Notes: a model not told the origin generated them from the letters alone. 64,000 nt of DNA from Bacteroidales bacterium (GCA_016288655.1 JAEEKX010000041.1:3367-67366); one strand, 5' to 3'; positions 27,417 through 37,317 are shown, counted from the first letter of the stretch. A program made the numbers and translations.

Positions 27417-28850
27417 TTAAGGTATGATTTTGAGATGGCGCAGCCAGTCGGAGATCTCGAAGTGGGCGATGTTCTTGCGGATCACACGTTTGTCTTTGTC
27501 TAACAGGAAGATGACGGGGATGGCGCGGAGGTCGAAGAGGTCGCCGGCCTCGATCTCGCCGAGGTAATCCCAGCCGTGCAGGTACTTGGGGTTGGCCTCG
27601 CTCTGGAGGTATCTGTGCCAGGCGGTCTCGTTCTTGCCGAAGTAGAGGGTGACGACGGTGAGCCGGCCGCTGGCGATGGCCTGGTTGAGTTCGGCGTTCT
27701 TCGCCAGGAGGGCGCGCACGGCTGCGCAGGTGTGGCAGTCCGGGTCGTGCAGGTATAGCAGGGTGTAATCACTCTTCAGTTCGTAAAACGTGGAGGTCGT
27801 GCTGTCGCCCCACTGGATGTGCAGGTCGGGCAGTTGCGCCCCCGCGAGGTTCTTGCTCTGTAGTTCGTAAATCTGCTGGTAATATTTCACCCTTCTTTCT
27901 TCCAACTGACTGTAAGAAAGCGCGTTCTTGAGCATGGCGAGGTAGATCTCCTCGGTCCAGAAGGAGACACCGATGGTGCCGAAGGCGCGTTCCATCACGT
28001 TGAATACGGCGTGGTAGTTGTCAGCGTTGGCCTGCAGGCGGTTGAGCCACTTCTCGGCGATGGCGGGCGACTCGGCGGGATTCATGTAGAAGAGATTCCC
28101 GCAGGCGTCGATGACTATGTCCATGGCTTGCGGCGTGGTGCAGAGCCGGCCGTCGGTGAAGGTGAAGTTTTCGAAGGCGTGCTCGGCGGCGTAGGCGGTC
28201 ATGCGCCCGCGGTCTTGCAGGATGTAGGCGGGCGGCGGCGGCAACGGCATCGAGAGCTTCACGATGGAAGCCAACAACGTGCCCGGGTTCTCGGATATTG
28301 TCCGAGACTGGAGTGCCTGCAGGTCGGCGGACAGCCGTTCGGCGCTGGCACTGAGCCGTTGGACTAAATCTTGCAATATGTATTGCGGCAGGGTGGCTCG
28401 GGCCTCCTCATACACGCGGTTGAGAGAGTCCTCGCTGTGGCGGATGGCCGCCATCTGCTCCGTATAACGTTGGAAATTGCTGTTTTCCAAGCTGTTGGCG
28501 AAATCCACGGCCCCGTTGGCATCAATGTTGACGGTGATCTTCTGGCTCTTGTTTTCCGAAATCAGCAGGGGAAAGAGCAGGGTGTCGCCGACCGTCACCT
28601 GATAGTAGCCGGCGGCGAGTTTCTCCTTCGGTTTGAAGACGGCCTTGGCGGTGTAAGGGAGCGCGGCGACGTCGCGATAGACGATGCTGCCCTCGAAGCG
28701 TTGGTGCTCGTCGGTGAGTTGCACGCGCTGGATGCGTTGCAGGTGCAGCGTGTCGCCGCGCGGGGCACTGCTGTTGACAGTCAGCGTAAGTTTCTGCCCG
28801 CAGAGCCACAATGGAGCGAGGATGGCAAATAGAAGAAGCAGTTTCCTCAT
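27417..28850 (-). CDS. DUF5106-like exported thioredoxin-fold protein (CHTC), paralog A
   Basis: Same architecture as 25948-27348. YTLLYLHDPDCHTCAAV..AIPVIFLLDKDKRVI. Long collinear similarity to the neighbour. Confidence 0.7.
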   Translation of the reverse strand: MRKLLLLFAILAPLWLCGQKLTLTVNSSAPRGDTLHLQRIQRVQLTDEHQRFEGSIVYRDVAALPYTAKAVFKPKEKLAAGYYQVTVGDTLLFPLLISENKSQKITVNIDANGAVDFANSLENSNFQRYTEQMAAIRHSEDSLNRVYEEARATLPQYILQDLVQRLSASAERLSADLQALQSRTISENPGTLLASIVKLSMPLPPPPAYILQDRGRMTAYAAEHAFENFTFTDGRLCTTPQAMDIVIDACGNLFYMNPAESPAIAEKWLNRLQANADNYHAVFNVMERAFGTIGVSFWTEEIYLAMLKNALSYSQLEERRVKYYQQIYELQSKNLAGAQLPDLHIQWGDSTTSTFYELKSDYTLLYLHDPDCHTCAAVRALLAKNAELNQAIASGRLTVVTLYFGKNETAWHRYLQSEANPKYLHGWDYLGEIEAGDLFDLRAIPVIFLLDKDKRVIRKNIAHFEISDWLRHLKIIP

Positions 28851-28854
28851 GGAC

Positions 28855-30339
28855 TTACAGGTCTTTCATGGTTTTCACGGGGTGGAAGGTGGTGAGGGGC
28901 ACTTCCACGAAGACGGTGATCCAGCGGGCCATGGCGCCGTTCCAGAGTCCGGGGAGCTCCATCGCCTTGAGGGCGCGGCCTTCGTAGGATTTGGAGGAGA
29001 TGAAGCCGGTGGCGGGATCCACGAAGTCGGCGAGCGGGTAGAAGGTGCCGTCGGCCTTGCGGAAGGCGCAGACCAGATCCACCGGGTTGAAGTGGGTGGA
29101 GTGGAGCAGGATGGACTTCTGTTCGGGCGCGGACGTGTCGATCTGCGCGCTCTCCACGATCTGCCACGAGTACTCGCCCTGGGCGTTTTTCACGAGGAAG
29201 GGGCCGCCGCCGGGCTCACCCTCGTTCTTCACCATGCCGCACACGCGGATGGGACGGTCGAGTTGCTGGATCAACTCCTGCTGGCCGGGATGCTCCGTGC
29301 CGAAGCGGATGAATAGTTCTTCTTCTGCAAAATGTTGTATTTCAAATAATTCACTATCGGAAAGCGGACGTTCGCGCAGCCGTTTCAGCGCATCGAACAC
29401 CTGGGCCTGCAGGGTGATGAGGTAGGCGGCGAGAAGTTTCTTGTACTTCGTGGTGTCGGCAACGGTGTCGTCGGTGAAGACGTTGTCGATGTTCTTCACG
29501 AAGACGATGTCGGCGCGGAGTTTGCCGAGGTTGTTGATGAGGGCGCCGTGGCCGCCTGGGCGGAAGAGCAGGTTGCCGTCGTGGTCTCGGAAGGGCTGGT
29601 TGTCTTCGGTGGCGGCGAGGGTGTCGGTGGCGGGCGACTGCGTGGAGAAGGTGATGTCGTATTTCACTCCGAAGCGTTGTTCGTACTTGGCTTTCACACG
29701 GTTGAGAAGTTCGGTGAAGAGCGGCAGGTGTTGCGGGGAGACGGTGAAGTGGAGGTGGCAGGTGCCGTCGGCCTGGCGGGCGTAGAGCGCGGCCTCCACC
29801 AGATGCTCCTCGAAGGCGGTTCGGCAACCGTCGGCGTAGCGGTGGAACTGGAGCACGCCTTTGGGCTTGTTGCCGTAGTCCAACCCCTTGTCGGTGAGGA
29901 TGTACTCGAAGACGGTGCGGTAGTTGTCGCGCCGGATCTCGTCGTCGAGGGAGAGTCCGTCGCGGCTCATGACGGCGCGGAGGTCGTCGGCGAGGGCGAG
30001 GCGGGGGAGGGTGTGCAGTTGCTGGATGGCAGCGGCGCGGGTGGCCTCGTCGTCATTTTCCAAGTAGCCGTATTGCTGCTTGAACATGCGGGAGGCGGCG
30101 CCGGAGGCGGGCACGAACTTCAGCAGACTCTTGTCAGCCGTGAGCCGGTCGTAGTCGGCGAGCAACTGCGCGCTCTCGGCTTCCGAAAGCCGCACGATGC
30201 CGTTGCCGACGGTGGCGGCGCACTGCAGGTCTGCGAAGGCGAAGCCGGTGGTGAAGTATTGAAACTGCCGCTCTACCGCGGATTCGTCGCTGCCGCGCTG
30301 GCGCAGGAAGGCAAGGTCTTGGGGGGAGAAAATGCTCAT
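28855..30339 (-). CDS. DUF4301 family protein
   Basis: N-terminal FSPQDLAFLRQRGSDESAVERQFQYF and KFVPASGAASRMFK (a nucleotidyltransferase-like Gly/Ser loop), ~494 aa. Assigned from memory of the family. Confidence 0.55.
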   Translation of the reverse strand: MSIFSPQDLAFLRQRGSDESAVERQFQYFTTGFAFADLQCAATVGNGIVRLSEAESAQLLADYDRLTADKSLLKFVPASGAASRMFKQQYGYLENDDEATRAAAIQQLHTLPRLALADDLRAVMSRDGLSLDDEIRRDNYRTVFEYILTDKGLDYGNKPKGVLQFHRYADGCRTAFEEHLVEAALYARQADGTCHLHFTVSPQHLPLFTELLNRVKAKYEQRFGVKYDITFSTQSPATDTLAATEDNQPFRDHDGNLLFRPGGHGALINNLGKLRADIVFVKNIDNVFTDDTVADTTKYKKLLAAYLITLQAQVFDALKRLRERPLSDSELFEIQHFAEEELFIRFGTEHPGQQELIQQLDRPIRVCGMVKNEGEPGGGPFLVKNAQGEYSWQIVESAQIDTSAPEQKSILLHSTHFNPVDLVCAFRKADGTFYPLADFVDPATGFISSKSYEGRALKAMELPGLWNGAMARWITVFVEVPLTTFHPVKTMKDL

Positions 30340-30364
30340 GTTGATATTTTTGAAAAAGACGGTG

Positions 30365-30372
30365 CAAATTTA
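30365..30372 (-). promoter_or_regulatory. candidate -7 box TAAATTTG (minus strand) for the DUF4301 operon
   Basis: TAnnTTTG on the minus strand, 26 nt upstream of the 30339 start. Confidence 0.45.
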
Positions 30373-30395
30373 CGTAAAAATCGCGAATTTTAATG

Positions 30396-30403
30396 TAATT
30401 TTG
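30396..30403 (+). promoter_or_regulatory. candidate -7 box TAATTTTG for valS
   Basis: TAnnTTTG 29 nt upstream of the valS ATG. It forms a near-perfect 13-bp inverted repeat with the minus-strand box. Confidence 0.45.
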
Positions 30404-30431
30404 CACCCATCATTTTACAATCACTTTTCAC

Positions 30432-33068
30432 ATGGCAATAGCAACAAAGTACGATCCGCAACTTATTGAAAACAAATGGTATGAGTATTGGGAACAACAG
30501 GGACTGTTCTCGTCCGAACCCGACGGCCGACCCTCGTTCAGCGTGGTCATCCCGCCGCCGAACGTCACCGGAATCCTCCACATGGGACACATGCTCAACA
30601 ACACCATCCAGGACATCCTCGTGCGCCGCGCCCGCATGATGGGCTTCAACGCCTGCTGGGTGCCCGGCACCGACCACGCCTCCATCGCCACCGAGGCCAA
30701 GGTGGTCAACATGCTCAAGGAACGCGGCATCGACAAGCGCTCGCTCACCCGCGACGAATTTCTCAAGTACGCCTGGGAATGGAAAGAGAAACACGGCGGC
30801 ATCATCCTCAAGCAACTCCGCAAACTCGGCGCCTCCTGCGACTGGCACCGCACCAAGTTCACCATGGACCCCGAACTCTCCGAAGCCGTCATCGACGTCT
30901 TCGTTGACCTTTACAACAAAGGCAAGATCTACCGCGGCGTCCGCATGGTCAACTGGGACCCCAAGGCCCTCACCGCCGTCTCCGACGAAGAGGTGGTCTA
31001 TAAGGAACTTCAATCGAAACTCTATTATGTGCGTTATAAGATTGAAGGAACTGAAAACGAATACGTTACTATCGCGACCACCCGTCCCGAGACCATCCTC
31101 GGCGACACGGCCATCTGCATGCACCCGGAAGACGAACGCTTCCAACACCTGCGCGGCAAACGCGCCATCGTGCCCGTCGTCAACCGTTCCATCCCGCTCA
31201 TCTTCGATGAATATGTCGATCGCGAGTTCGGTACCGGCGCCCTCAAGATCACCCCGGCGCACGACATCAACGACTACAACCTCGGACTGAAATACAAACT
31301 CGACACCATCAACATCTTCAACGACAACGGCACGCTCAACGAGAATGCGCAGTTCCTCGTCGGCGTCGATCGCTTCCAAGCCCGTAAGGACATCCTCCCG
31401 CTTTTGGAAGCCGAAGGCGCCCTCGTGAAGATCGAAGACTACACCAACAAGGTCGGCTTCTCCGAGAGAACCAACGAGGTGATTGAACCGAAGTTGTCGC
31501 TGCAGTGGTTCTGCGACATGGCCTCCTTGGCCAAGCCCGCCCTCGACGCCGTGATGAACGACGATATCAAGTTCTACCCCGAAAAGTTCAAAAACACCTA
31601 CGCCCACTGGATGGAGAACTTGAAGGATTGGTGCATTAGCCGCCAGTTGTGGTGGGGGCACCGCATCCCCGCCTACTATCTGCCCAACAAGGAGGTGGTG
31701 GTCGCCCGCACCCGTGAGGAGGCACTTGCCCAAGCACAGCAGAAGTTCCCCGAACTCCACCTCACCGACGCCGACCTGCGGCAGGATGAGGACGTGCTCG
31801 ACACCTGGTTCAGTTCCTGGCTCTGGCCCATCTCCGTCTTCGACGGCATGCGCCATCCCGACAATGCCGACATCAACTACTACTATCCCACCTCCGTGCT
31901 CATCACAGCCCCCGACATCATCTTCTTCTGGGTGGCCCGTATGATTATGGCGGGGTTGGAGTGGCGCAAGGAAGTGCCCTTCAAGCACGTCTATTTCACC
32001 GGCACTGTGCGCGACCACCTGCGCCGCAAGATGTCGAAGTCGCTCGGCAACTCGCCCGACCCCATCATGCTGATGGAGAAGTACGGCGCCGATGGCGTCC
32101 GCATGGGCATGCTGCTCAGTTCGCCCGCCGGCAACGACCTGCTCTTCGACGAGAGCTTGTGCGAACAGGGCCGCAACTTCAGCAACAAGATGTGGAACGC
32201 CTTCCGTCTCATCAAGGGATGGCAGGTGGATGAGCAACTAGCGCAGCCGCTCTACGCCGCGGCCGCCGTCGATTGGTTCAACCACCGCCTCAACGAAGTT
32301 ATAGGCGAAATCAACGACCACTTCGACAAGTTCCGTATCTCCGACGCCCTCATGGCCGCCTACAAACTCACTTGGGACGAGTTCTGTTCCTACTTTCTCG
32401 AGATCGTCAAGCCCGGCTTCCAACAGCCCATCGACGGCAAGACCTACCACGCCATTATCGACATCTTCGAGAAACTGATGCAGATACTGCACCCCTTCAT
32501 GCCGTTCATCACCGAAGAGCTGTGGCACAACGTGCGCGAGCGCGGCGCGAATGAGTCGGTCATGGTGAGCGCCATGCCCGCTTTCGTCGAAAACATGCCC
32601 GGCAACGACATCCTCGTCCGCTTCGCCAACATGCAGAAGGTGGTCGAAAGCGTCCGCCGCGTGCGCAACGACATGTCTATCCCGCCCAAGCAGGCCTTGC
32701 AACTGCTTGTCATCCAACAGGGTGCCGCCGACGCCGAAATGGACGCCATTCTTACTAAACTTTGCAATATCTCCGAAATCCAATACGTTAAAGAAAAAGT
32801 CGCCGGCACCTGCTCCTTCATCGAGAACAATATCGAGTACATGATCCCTGTCGCTCAGAACATCGACGTGGAGGCCGAACTGAAGAAGTTGACCGCCGAC
32901 CTGGAGTATATGGAGAAGTTCCTCAAGTCGGTGATGGGCAAGCTCTCCAACGAACGCTTCGTCAACAACGCCCCCGAAGCCGTCGTCAATGTGGAGAAGA
33001 AGAAGAAATCCGATGCCGAGGAGAAAATCAAACTGCTGAAAGAACAAATCGCCAACCTGAAATCATGA
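30432..33068 (+). CDS. valS: valine--tRNA ligase
   Basis: [17 protein letters not shown] (HIGH), KMSKSLGN, C-terminal coiled coil, 878 aa. Confidence 0.97.
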   Translation: MAIATKYDPQLIENKWYEYWEQQGLFSSEPDGRPSFSVVIPPPNVTGILHMGHMLNNTIQDILVRRARMMGFNACWVPGTDHASIATEAKVVNMLKERGIDKRSLTRDEFLKYAWEWKEKHGGIILKQLRKLGASCDWHRTKFTMDPELSEAVIDVFVDLYNKGKIYRGVRMVNWDPKALTAVSDEEVVYKELQSKLYYVRYKIEGTENEYVTIATTRPETILGDTAICMHPEDERFQHLRGKRAIVPVVNRSIPLIFDEYVDREFGTGALKITPAHDINDYNLGLKYKLDTINIFNDNGTLNENAQFLVGVDRFQARKDILPLLEAEGALVKIEDYTNKVGFSERTNEVIEPKLSLQWFCDMASLAKPALDAVMNDDIKFYPEKFKNTYAHWMENLKDWCISRQLWWGHRIPAYYLPNKEVVVARTREEALAQAQQKFPELHLTDADLRQDEDVLDTWFSSWLWPISVFDGMRHPDNADINYYYPTSVLITAPDIIFFWVARMIMAGLEWRKEVPFKHVYFTGTVRDHLRRKMSKSLGNSPDPIMLMEKYGADGVRMGMLLSSPAGNDLLFDESLCEQGRNFSNKMWNAFRLIKGWQVDEQLAQPLYAAAAVDWFNHRLNEVIGEINDHFDKFRISDALMAAYKLTWDEFCSYFLEIVKPGFQQPIDGKTYHAIIDIFEKLMQILHPFMPFITEELWHNVRERGANESVMVSAMPAFVENMPGNDILVRFANMQKVVESVRRVRNDMSIPPKQALQLLVIQQGAADAEMDAILTKLCNISEIQYVKEKVAGTCSFIENNIEYMIPVAQNIDVEAELKKLTADLEYMEKFLKSVMGKLSNERFVNNAPEAVVNVEKKKKSDAEEKIKLLKEQIANLKS

Positions 33069-33274
33069 AGGAGGGACTGAAAGATCTGCTGCGCCTCATC
33101 ATCGTCTGCGTTGTACTGTGCGTCTTCGTCTATATCTATCCGGTCGAAGACCCTTCGCAGAAACGCGACATGTACTACGGTGTCGTCGGCGGTGGCATGA
33201 CGGCTTTCCTTGTCTTCTTCATTATCAAGGCGATACGCGAGAAAACCAAAAAAAAAGACCAGGACAAGAAATAG
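33065..33274 (+). CDS. small hypothetical membrane protein, 69 aa
   Basis: ATGA overlap with the valS stop, two predicted TM helices, Lys-rich tail. No family recognised. Confidence 0.4.
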   Translation: MKEGLKDLLRLIIVCVVLCVFVYIYPVEDPSQKRDMYYGVVGGGMTAFLVFFIIKAIREKTKKKDQDKK

Positions 33275-33301
33275 TCGAACCTTTCACTTGAAACCTTTAT
33301 C

Positions 33302-34333
33302 ATGAAAAAGATCCTCACTTTCCTGCTGATTGTCGCAATGCCATGGGTTTTGATGTCTCAAAATACTGATAACCAGTTGAATAAAGACGGGAAGAAACAT
33401 GGTTATTGGAAAAAATACGACGAGAACGGCAAGTTGCGCTATGAAGGCCATTTCAACAACGGCGTGCCCGTCGGGACTTTCAAATACTACCATCCCAACG
33501 GCAAGTTGGAGAGCAAGACCAACTTCATCGAGGGAACGCACAAGGTACACACGTTGCTGTTCGACCAGAACGAGAAATTAGCCGCCGAGGGCGACTTCGT
33601 GGATCAACTCAAGGACGGCGAGTGGAATTATTACAATGAAAAGGGAACGCTCATCCAGACCGAGCACTTCCGTGAGGGCGTGAAGCACGGCGAGTTCAAG
33701 ACTTACTCCTCGCAGACCGGCATCCTGCTGGATTCGTGCCGTTACGACAACGGCCTGCTCTATGGAGACCGCGTCACCTACTTCACCGACGGCAAGATCA
33801 GTGCTCGTACCCACTACATCAATGGTGAGATGAATGGTCTGACAGAGAGTTACTTCCCGAATGAGGTCCTTTTCTACAAGGGAAACTATCTCCATGGTTT
33901 GGCGGTGGGCAACTGGGAATTTTACGATGAACAGGGCCGTCCGCGCAAGACCTTGGAGTACAAAGACGGTGCGGTGGAGAAGACCTATCTCTTCCTGAAC
34001 ATCGCCGGCGGCTGGCAGAAGGTCAACCAGGCCAACATCGCCTATTTCCACAAGGAGGGACAGCAGACGCGCGTGACCACCACGTCGGGCAAGACCTTGA
34101 TGTGTACGCAAGTGTTTGAGGATCTGTTGAATTATGTTGACTTTGTCGATTTCGTCCTTATCAATGCCAACTATGCCGTGAGTTATGGCAGTTTGGTGCG
34201 CTATCGCGATGCGGGGAGAGACCGCGTGGAGGTGGAGTTGTACCCTGCCACTGCGGAGCCGGTGATCTGCGAGGGCGACTACGCCAAATCGGTGAAGATG
34301 CTTTTCAACAACGAGGTCCCGAAAGAGGATTAG
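33302..34333 (+). CDS. MORN-repeat-variant / YwqK-family protein with extra C-terminal domain
   Basis: Signal or anchor sequence, then repeated G.W..Y..NGKL...G.F..G...G motifs (HGYWKKYDENGKLRYEGHFNNGVPVGTFKYYHPNGKL). ~100 aa of non-repeat C-terminus. Confidence 0.7.
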   Translation: MKKILTFLLIVAMPWVLMSQNTDNQLNKDGKKHGYWKKYDENGKLRYEGHFNNGVPVGTFKYYHPNGKLESKTNFIEGTHKVHTLLFDQNEKLAAEGDFVDQLKDGEWNYYNEKGTLIQTEHFREGVKHGEFKTYSSQTGILLDSCRYDNGLLYGDRVTYFTDGKISARTHYINGEMNGLTESYFPNEVLFYKGNYLHGLAVGNWEFYDEQGRPRKTLEYKDGAVEKTYLFLNIAGGWQKVNQANIAYFHKEGQQTRVTTTSGKTLMCTQVFEDLLNYVDFVDFVLINANYAVSYGSLVRYRDAGRDRVEVELYPATAEPVICEGDYAKSVKMLFNNEVPKED

Positions 34334-34335
34334 CT

Positions 34336-36231
34336 GTGGCGACGAAGATTGAGTTGTTGGCGCCCGCCAAGGATTTGGAGTGCGGGATCGCGGCCATCGA
34401 ACATGGCGCCGACGCGGTCTATGTGGGTGCGCCCGCCTTCAGTGCGCGCGTGGCCGCCGGCAACACCGTGGACGACATCCAGCAACTCTGCCGCCACGCC
34501 CACCTCTATCATGCCCACGTCCACGTCGCTCTCAATACTATTCTGGAAGACAATGAGTTACCCATCGCCCAGGAGATGGTTTCCCGCCTTTACGAGGCTG
34601 GCGCCGATGCGCTCATTATCCAGGATACCGCCTTGCTGCAACTCGACCTTCCTCCCATTGCTATCCATATCAGCACGCAAGCCGACAACCGCACTCCCGA
34701 GAAGGTGAAGTTTTGGCAAGATATTGGAATCCAGCGCGTTATTTTAGCACGAGAGTTGTCGTTGGAGCAGATTCGTGAAATCCGTTCGCAGACGACCGTG
34801 GAGTTGGAGGCCTTCGTGCACGGGGCGTTGTGCGTGAGCTACAGCGGACAGTGCTACCTCAGCGAGGCCTGCCTCGGCCGGAGCGCTAACCGCGGTGCGT
34901 GCGCCCAACTCTGCCGCCTGCCCTACGACCTCTACAGCGCTGACGGACAACTGCTGCGCAAACAGAGTCACCTGCTGTCGCTCAAGGACATGGACAGGTC
35001 TCAGTACTTGGAGGAAATGATCAATGCGGGCATCACGTCCCTCAAGATCGAAGGACGGCTGAAGGGCATCGACTATGTGAAAAACGTCACGGCGTATTAC
35101 CGACGGCAACTGGATGAACTCTTTGCCCGCGACCACCGCTATATTCCCGCTTCCGATGGGCGGGTGACGACGACTTTCGTTCCTGACCCGCGCAAGACCT
35201 TCAACCGCGGGCAGACTGACTATTTCTTGCACCACCGCGAGAAGGTAATGGTGGATCCCGACACACCCAAGTCGATAGGTGAGCCGGCGGGACGTGTTAT
35301 CTTTTTGAAGGGCAACACGTTGGCGTTGGATACGTCGTTGGAACTCCACAATGGCGATGGCCTGGGGTTCGTCGATAAGGATCACGAGTTGCGGGGATTC
35401 CGCATCAACAAGGTGGAAGCCCCACTGCGGACTACTCCGACAGGGAAGGGAAATTGCGCCAACCGCATCACTACGCTGGAACCGATCGATGGTCTGGAAG
35501 TGGGGATGTCGGTTTTCCGCAACCACGACATCGTCTTCGACAAGTTGTTGAACGGACGGTCGGCGACACGTAAGATTCCTGTCGATATCTTGTTAGAGGA
35601 GGTCGAGGGTGGAGTCGGCTTGATGATGGTGGATATGTCGGGTGTGGATTGCAGGGTGTCCTTTCCGGTTCTCAAGGAGCCGTCGCAAAAGGGCGAGGCG
35701 GCGACGGAGTCCATCCGTCGTTCGTTAGGCAAGTTGGGCGACACCCCCTTCGAGGCGAAGCGCGTGGATGTGAAGTTTGAGCGGCCGCTTTTCTTCCCCG
35801 CTTCGGTGGTGAACGAGTGGCGCCGGAAGGCCGTTGACATACTGATACAGAGGCGGTTGGAAACGCATAGAAGACCGCTATGCGAGCACCGGGACGGCGC
35901 CATGGCCGTGATGCCGTTGCCGGAGCCGGGCTGCGCCGACTACCGCGCCAATGTGATGAACTCCGTCGCCGCCGACTTCTACCGGCAGCACGGGGCCTCC
36001 GACGTGCGGCCTGCCTTCGAGCAGAAACCGGTCGTCGATGCCCGCCTGATGACCTGCAAGCACTGCATCAAATACACTTTGGGATATTGTTCTAAATCTT
36101 CGAAAAAACCGCCTTTCAAGGAACCTATTTTCTTGAAAAGCAATAATATAACACTCCGCCTTGATTTCGATTGCAAAAACTGCGAGATGATTGTACGGGG
36201 TGCGGAAAACGAAAACAACAGATTGCCATGA
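34336..36231 (+). CDS. peptidase U32 family protein (RlhA/TrhP-like)
   Basis: GTG start. ELLAPAKDLECGIAAIEHGADAVYVG..FSAR N-terminus and the conserved Cys cluster CLGRSANRGACAQLCR. Confidence 0.85.
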   Translation: MATKIELLAPAKDLECGIAAIEHGADAVYVGAPAFSARVAAGNTVDDIQQLCRHAHLYHAHVHVALNTILEDNELPIAQEMVSRLYEAGADALIIQDTALLQLDLPPIAIHISTQADNRTPEKVKFWQDIGIQRVILARELSLEQIREIRSQTTVELEAFVHGALCVSYSGQCYLSEACLGRSANRGACAQLCRLPYDLYSADGQLLRKQSHLLSLKDMDRSQYLEEMINAGITSLKIEGRLKGIDYVKNVTAYYRRQLDELFARDHRYIPASDGRVTTTFVPDPRKTFNRGQTDYFLHHREKVMVDPDTPKSIGEPAGRVIFLKGNTLALDTSLELHNGDGLGFVDKDHELRGFRINKVEAPLRTTPTGKGNCANRITTLEPIDGLEVGMSVFRNHDIVFDKLLNGRSATRKIPVDILLEEVEGGVGLMMVDMSGVDCRVSFPVLKEPSQKGEAATESIRRSLGKLGDTPFEAKRVDVKFERPLFFPASVVNEWRRKAVDILIQRRLETHRRPLCEHRDGAMAVMPLPEPGCADYRANVMNSVAADFYRQHGASDVRPAFEQKPVVDARLMTCKHCIKYTLGYCSKSSKKPPFKEPIFLKSNNITLRLDFDCKNCEMIVRGAENENNRLP

Positions 36232-37262
36232 TTCATTCTAAAAAGAAGTCGAAATATATCGGCTATGTTCTCGGTATTCTTTTTATAGTATTCTGTATCA
36301 GTGTATTGCGGATGCTATTCGGAGGTAATGCCTCAAAGGATATGACATTGGTGGTTGCTGGTGATTCCACGCCCGAGCAGGTGATGGAGCAGATGCGTCA
36401 GGCGAACTTGCTGGAACATGAGACCTCTTTCAAGATTACTTGCAAGTTGTTGTTTTACAAGAATGTAAAACCCGGAAAGTACAAATTTGAGAAGGGGGAG
36501 AGCAACTTTTCGATGGTGAAGAAGTTGCGGCATGGGCAGCACTATCCGGTGAAAGTCACCTTTACGGGGGCGCGCACGGTTCCTGATTTGCTGAAAAAGT
36601 TGTCGAAGTACGATTTCTATTTCGATTGGAAGGAGTTGGAGCGGCTTTTGTCTGACAAGGATTTCTTGGACAACTACGCGCCGATGGGGGAGAAGTTGAC
36701 CCCGCAGACGGTCATAGCAGTCTTTCGTCCAAATACTTACGAATTTTACTACGATATTACAGCCAAGGATTTTTTTGAAAAAATCTACAGTTATTATGAA
36801 AAATTCTGGACGGAGGAGCGGCAGCAGAAGGCGCAGAAGATAGGGTTGACGCCGATGCAGGTGTGCGTGTTGGCCTCGATTGTGGAGGAGGAGAACCACA
36901 AGCCGGCGGAGCAGCCACGTATTGCGGGGCTTTATATGAACCGCTTGCACAAGGGAATGCTGCTGCAGGCCGATCCCACGGTGATTTTCGCGGTCGGCGA
37001 CTTCAGCATTCGCCGCGTTCTGGATGCTCATATAAAAAAAGATTCCCCTTATAACACGTACAAATACAAGGGTTTGCCGCCTGGTCCGATACGGTTGCCG
37101 TCGGACAATGCCATCGACGCCGTGCTCAACTACGAGCACCATGACTATATATATATGTGTGCCAAGGAGGACTTTTCGGGGGCGCACAACTTCGCGAAGA
37201 CGTACAGTGAGCATCTGCAAAATGCTCGCCGTTATCAGAAGGCGTTGAATGCGAGGGGATAA
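36228..37262 (+). CDS. mltG: endolytic murein transglycosylase MltG (YceG-like)
   Basis: N-terminal TM anchor, YNTYKYKGLPPGPIRLPS catalytic-region motif. ATGA overlap with the U32 stop. Confidence 0.85.
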   Translation: MIHSKKKSKYIGYVLGILFIVFCISVLRMLFGGNASKDMTLVVAGDSTPEQVMEQMRQANLLEHETSFKITCKLLFYKNVKPGKYKFEKGESNFSMVKKLRHGQHYPVKVTFTGARTVPDLLKKLSKYDFYFDWKELERLLSDKDFLDNYAPMGEKLTPQTVIAVFRPNTYEFYYDITAKDFFEKIYSYYEKFWTEERQQKAQKIGLTPMQVCVLASIVEEENHKPAEQPRIAGLYMNRLHKGMLLQADPTVIFAVGDFSIRRVLDAHIKKDSPYNTYKYKGLPPGPIRLPSDNAIDAVLNYEHHDYIYMCAKEDFSGAHNFAKTYSEHLQNARRYQKALNARG

Positions 37263-37267
37263 AAAAA

Positions 37268-37297
37268 CAAAGGCGCCGGAAGAGCCCGACGCCTTTG
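37268..37297. terminator. hairpin between convergent mltG and the four-helix-bundle gene (likely bidirectional terminator)
   Basis: CAAAGGCG-N14-CGCCTTTG. An A-run lies 5' on the plus strand, which is a T-run after the hairpin on the minus strand. Confidence 0.5.
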
Positions 37298-37317
37298 GCA
37301 AAACGTTGCGCTATGGT

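Noticed and set aside
33302-34333. The YwqK 'antitoxin' annotation implying a toxin-antitoxin module.
   Set aside because: No toxin-like partner gene is adjacent, since valS with its small ORF lies upstream and the U32 peptidase lies downstream. The protein also appears to be exported or anchored, so the TA label is only a family name here.
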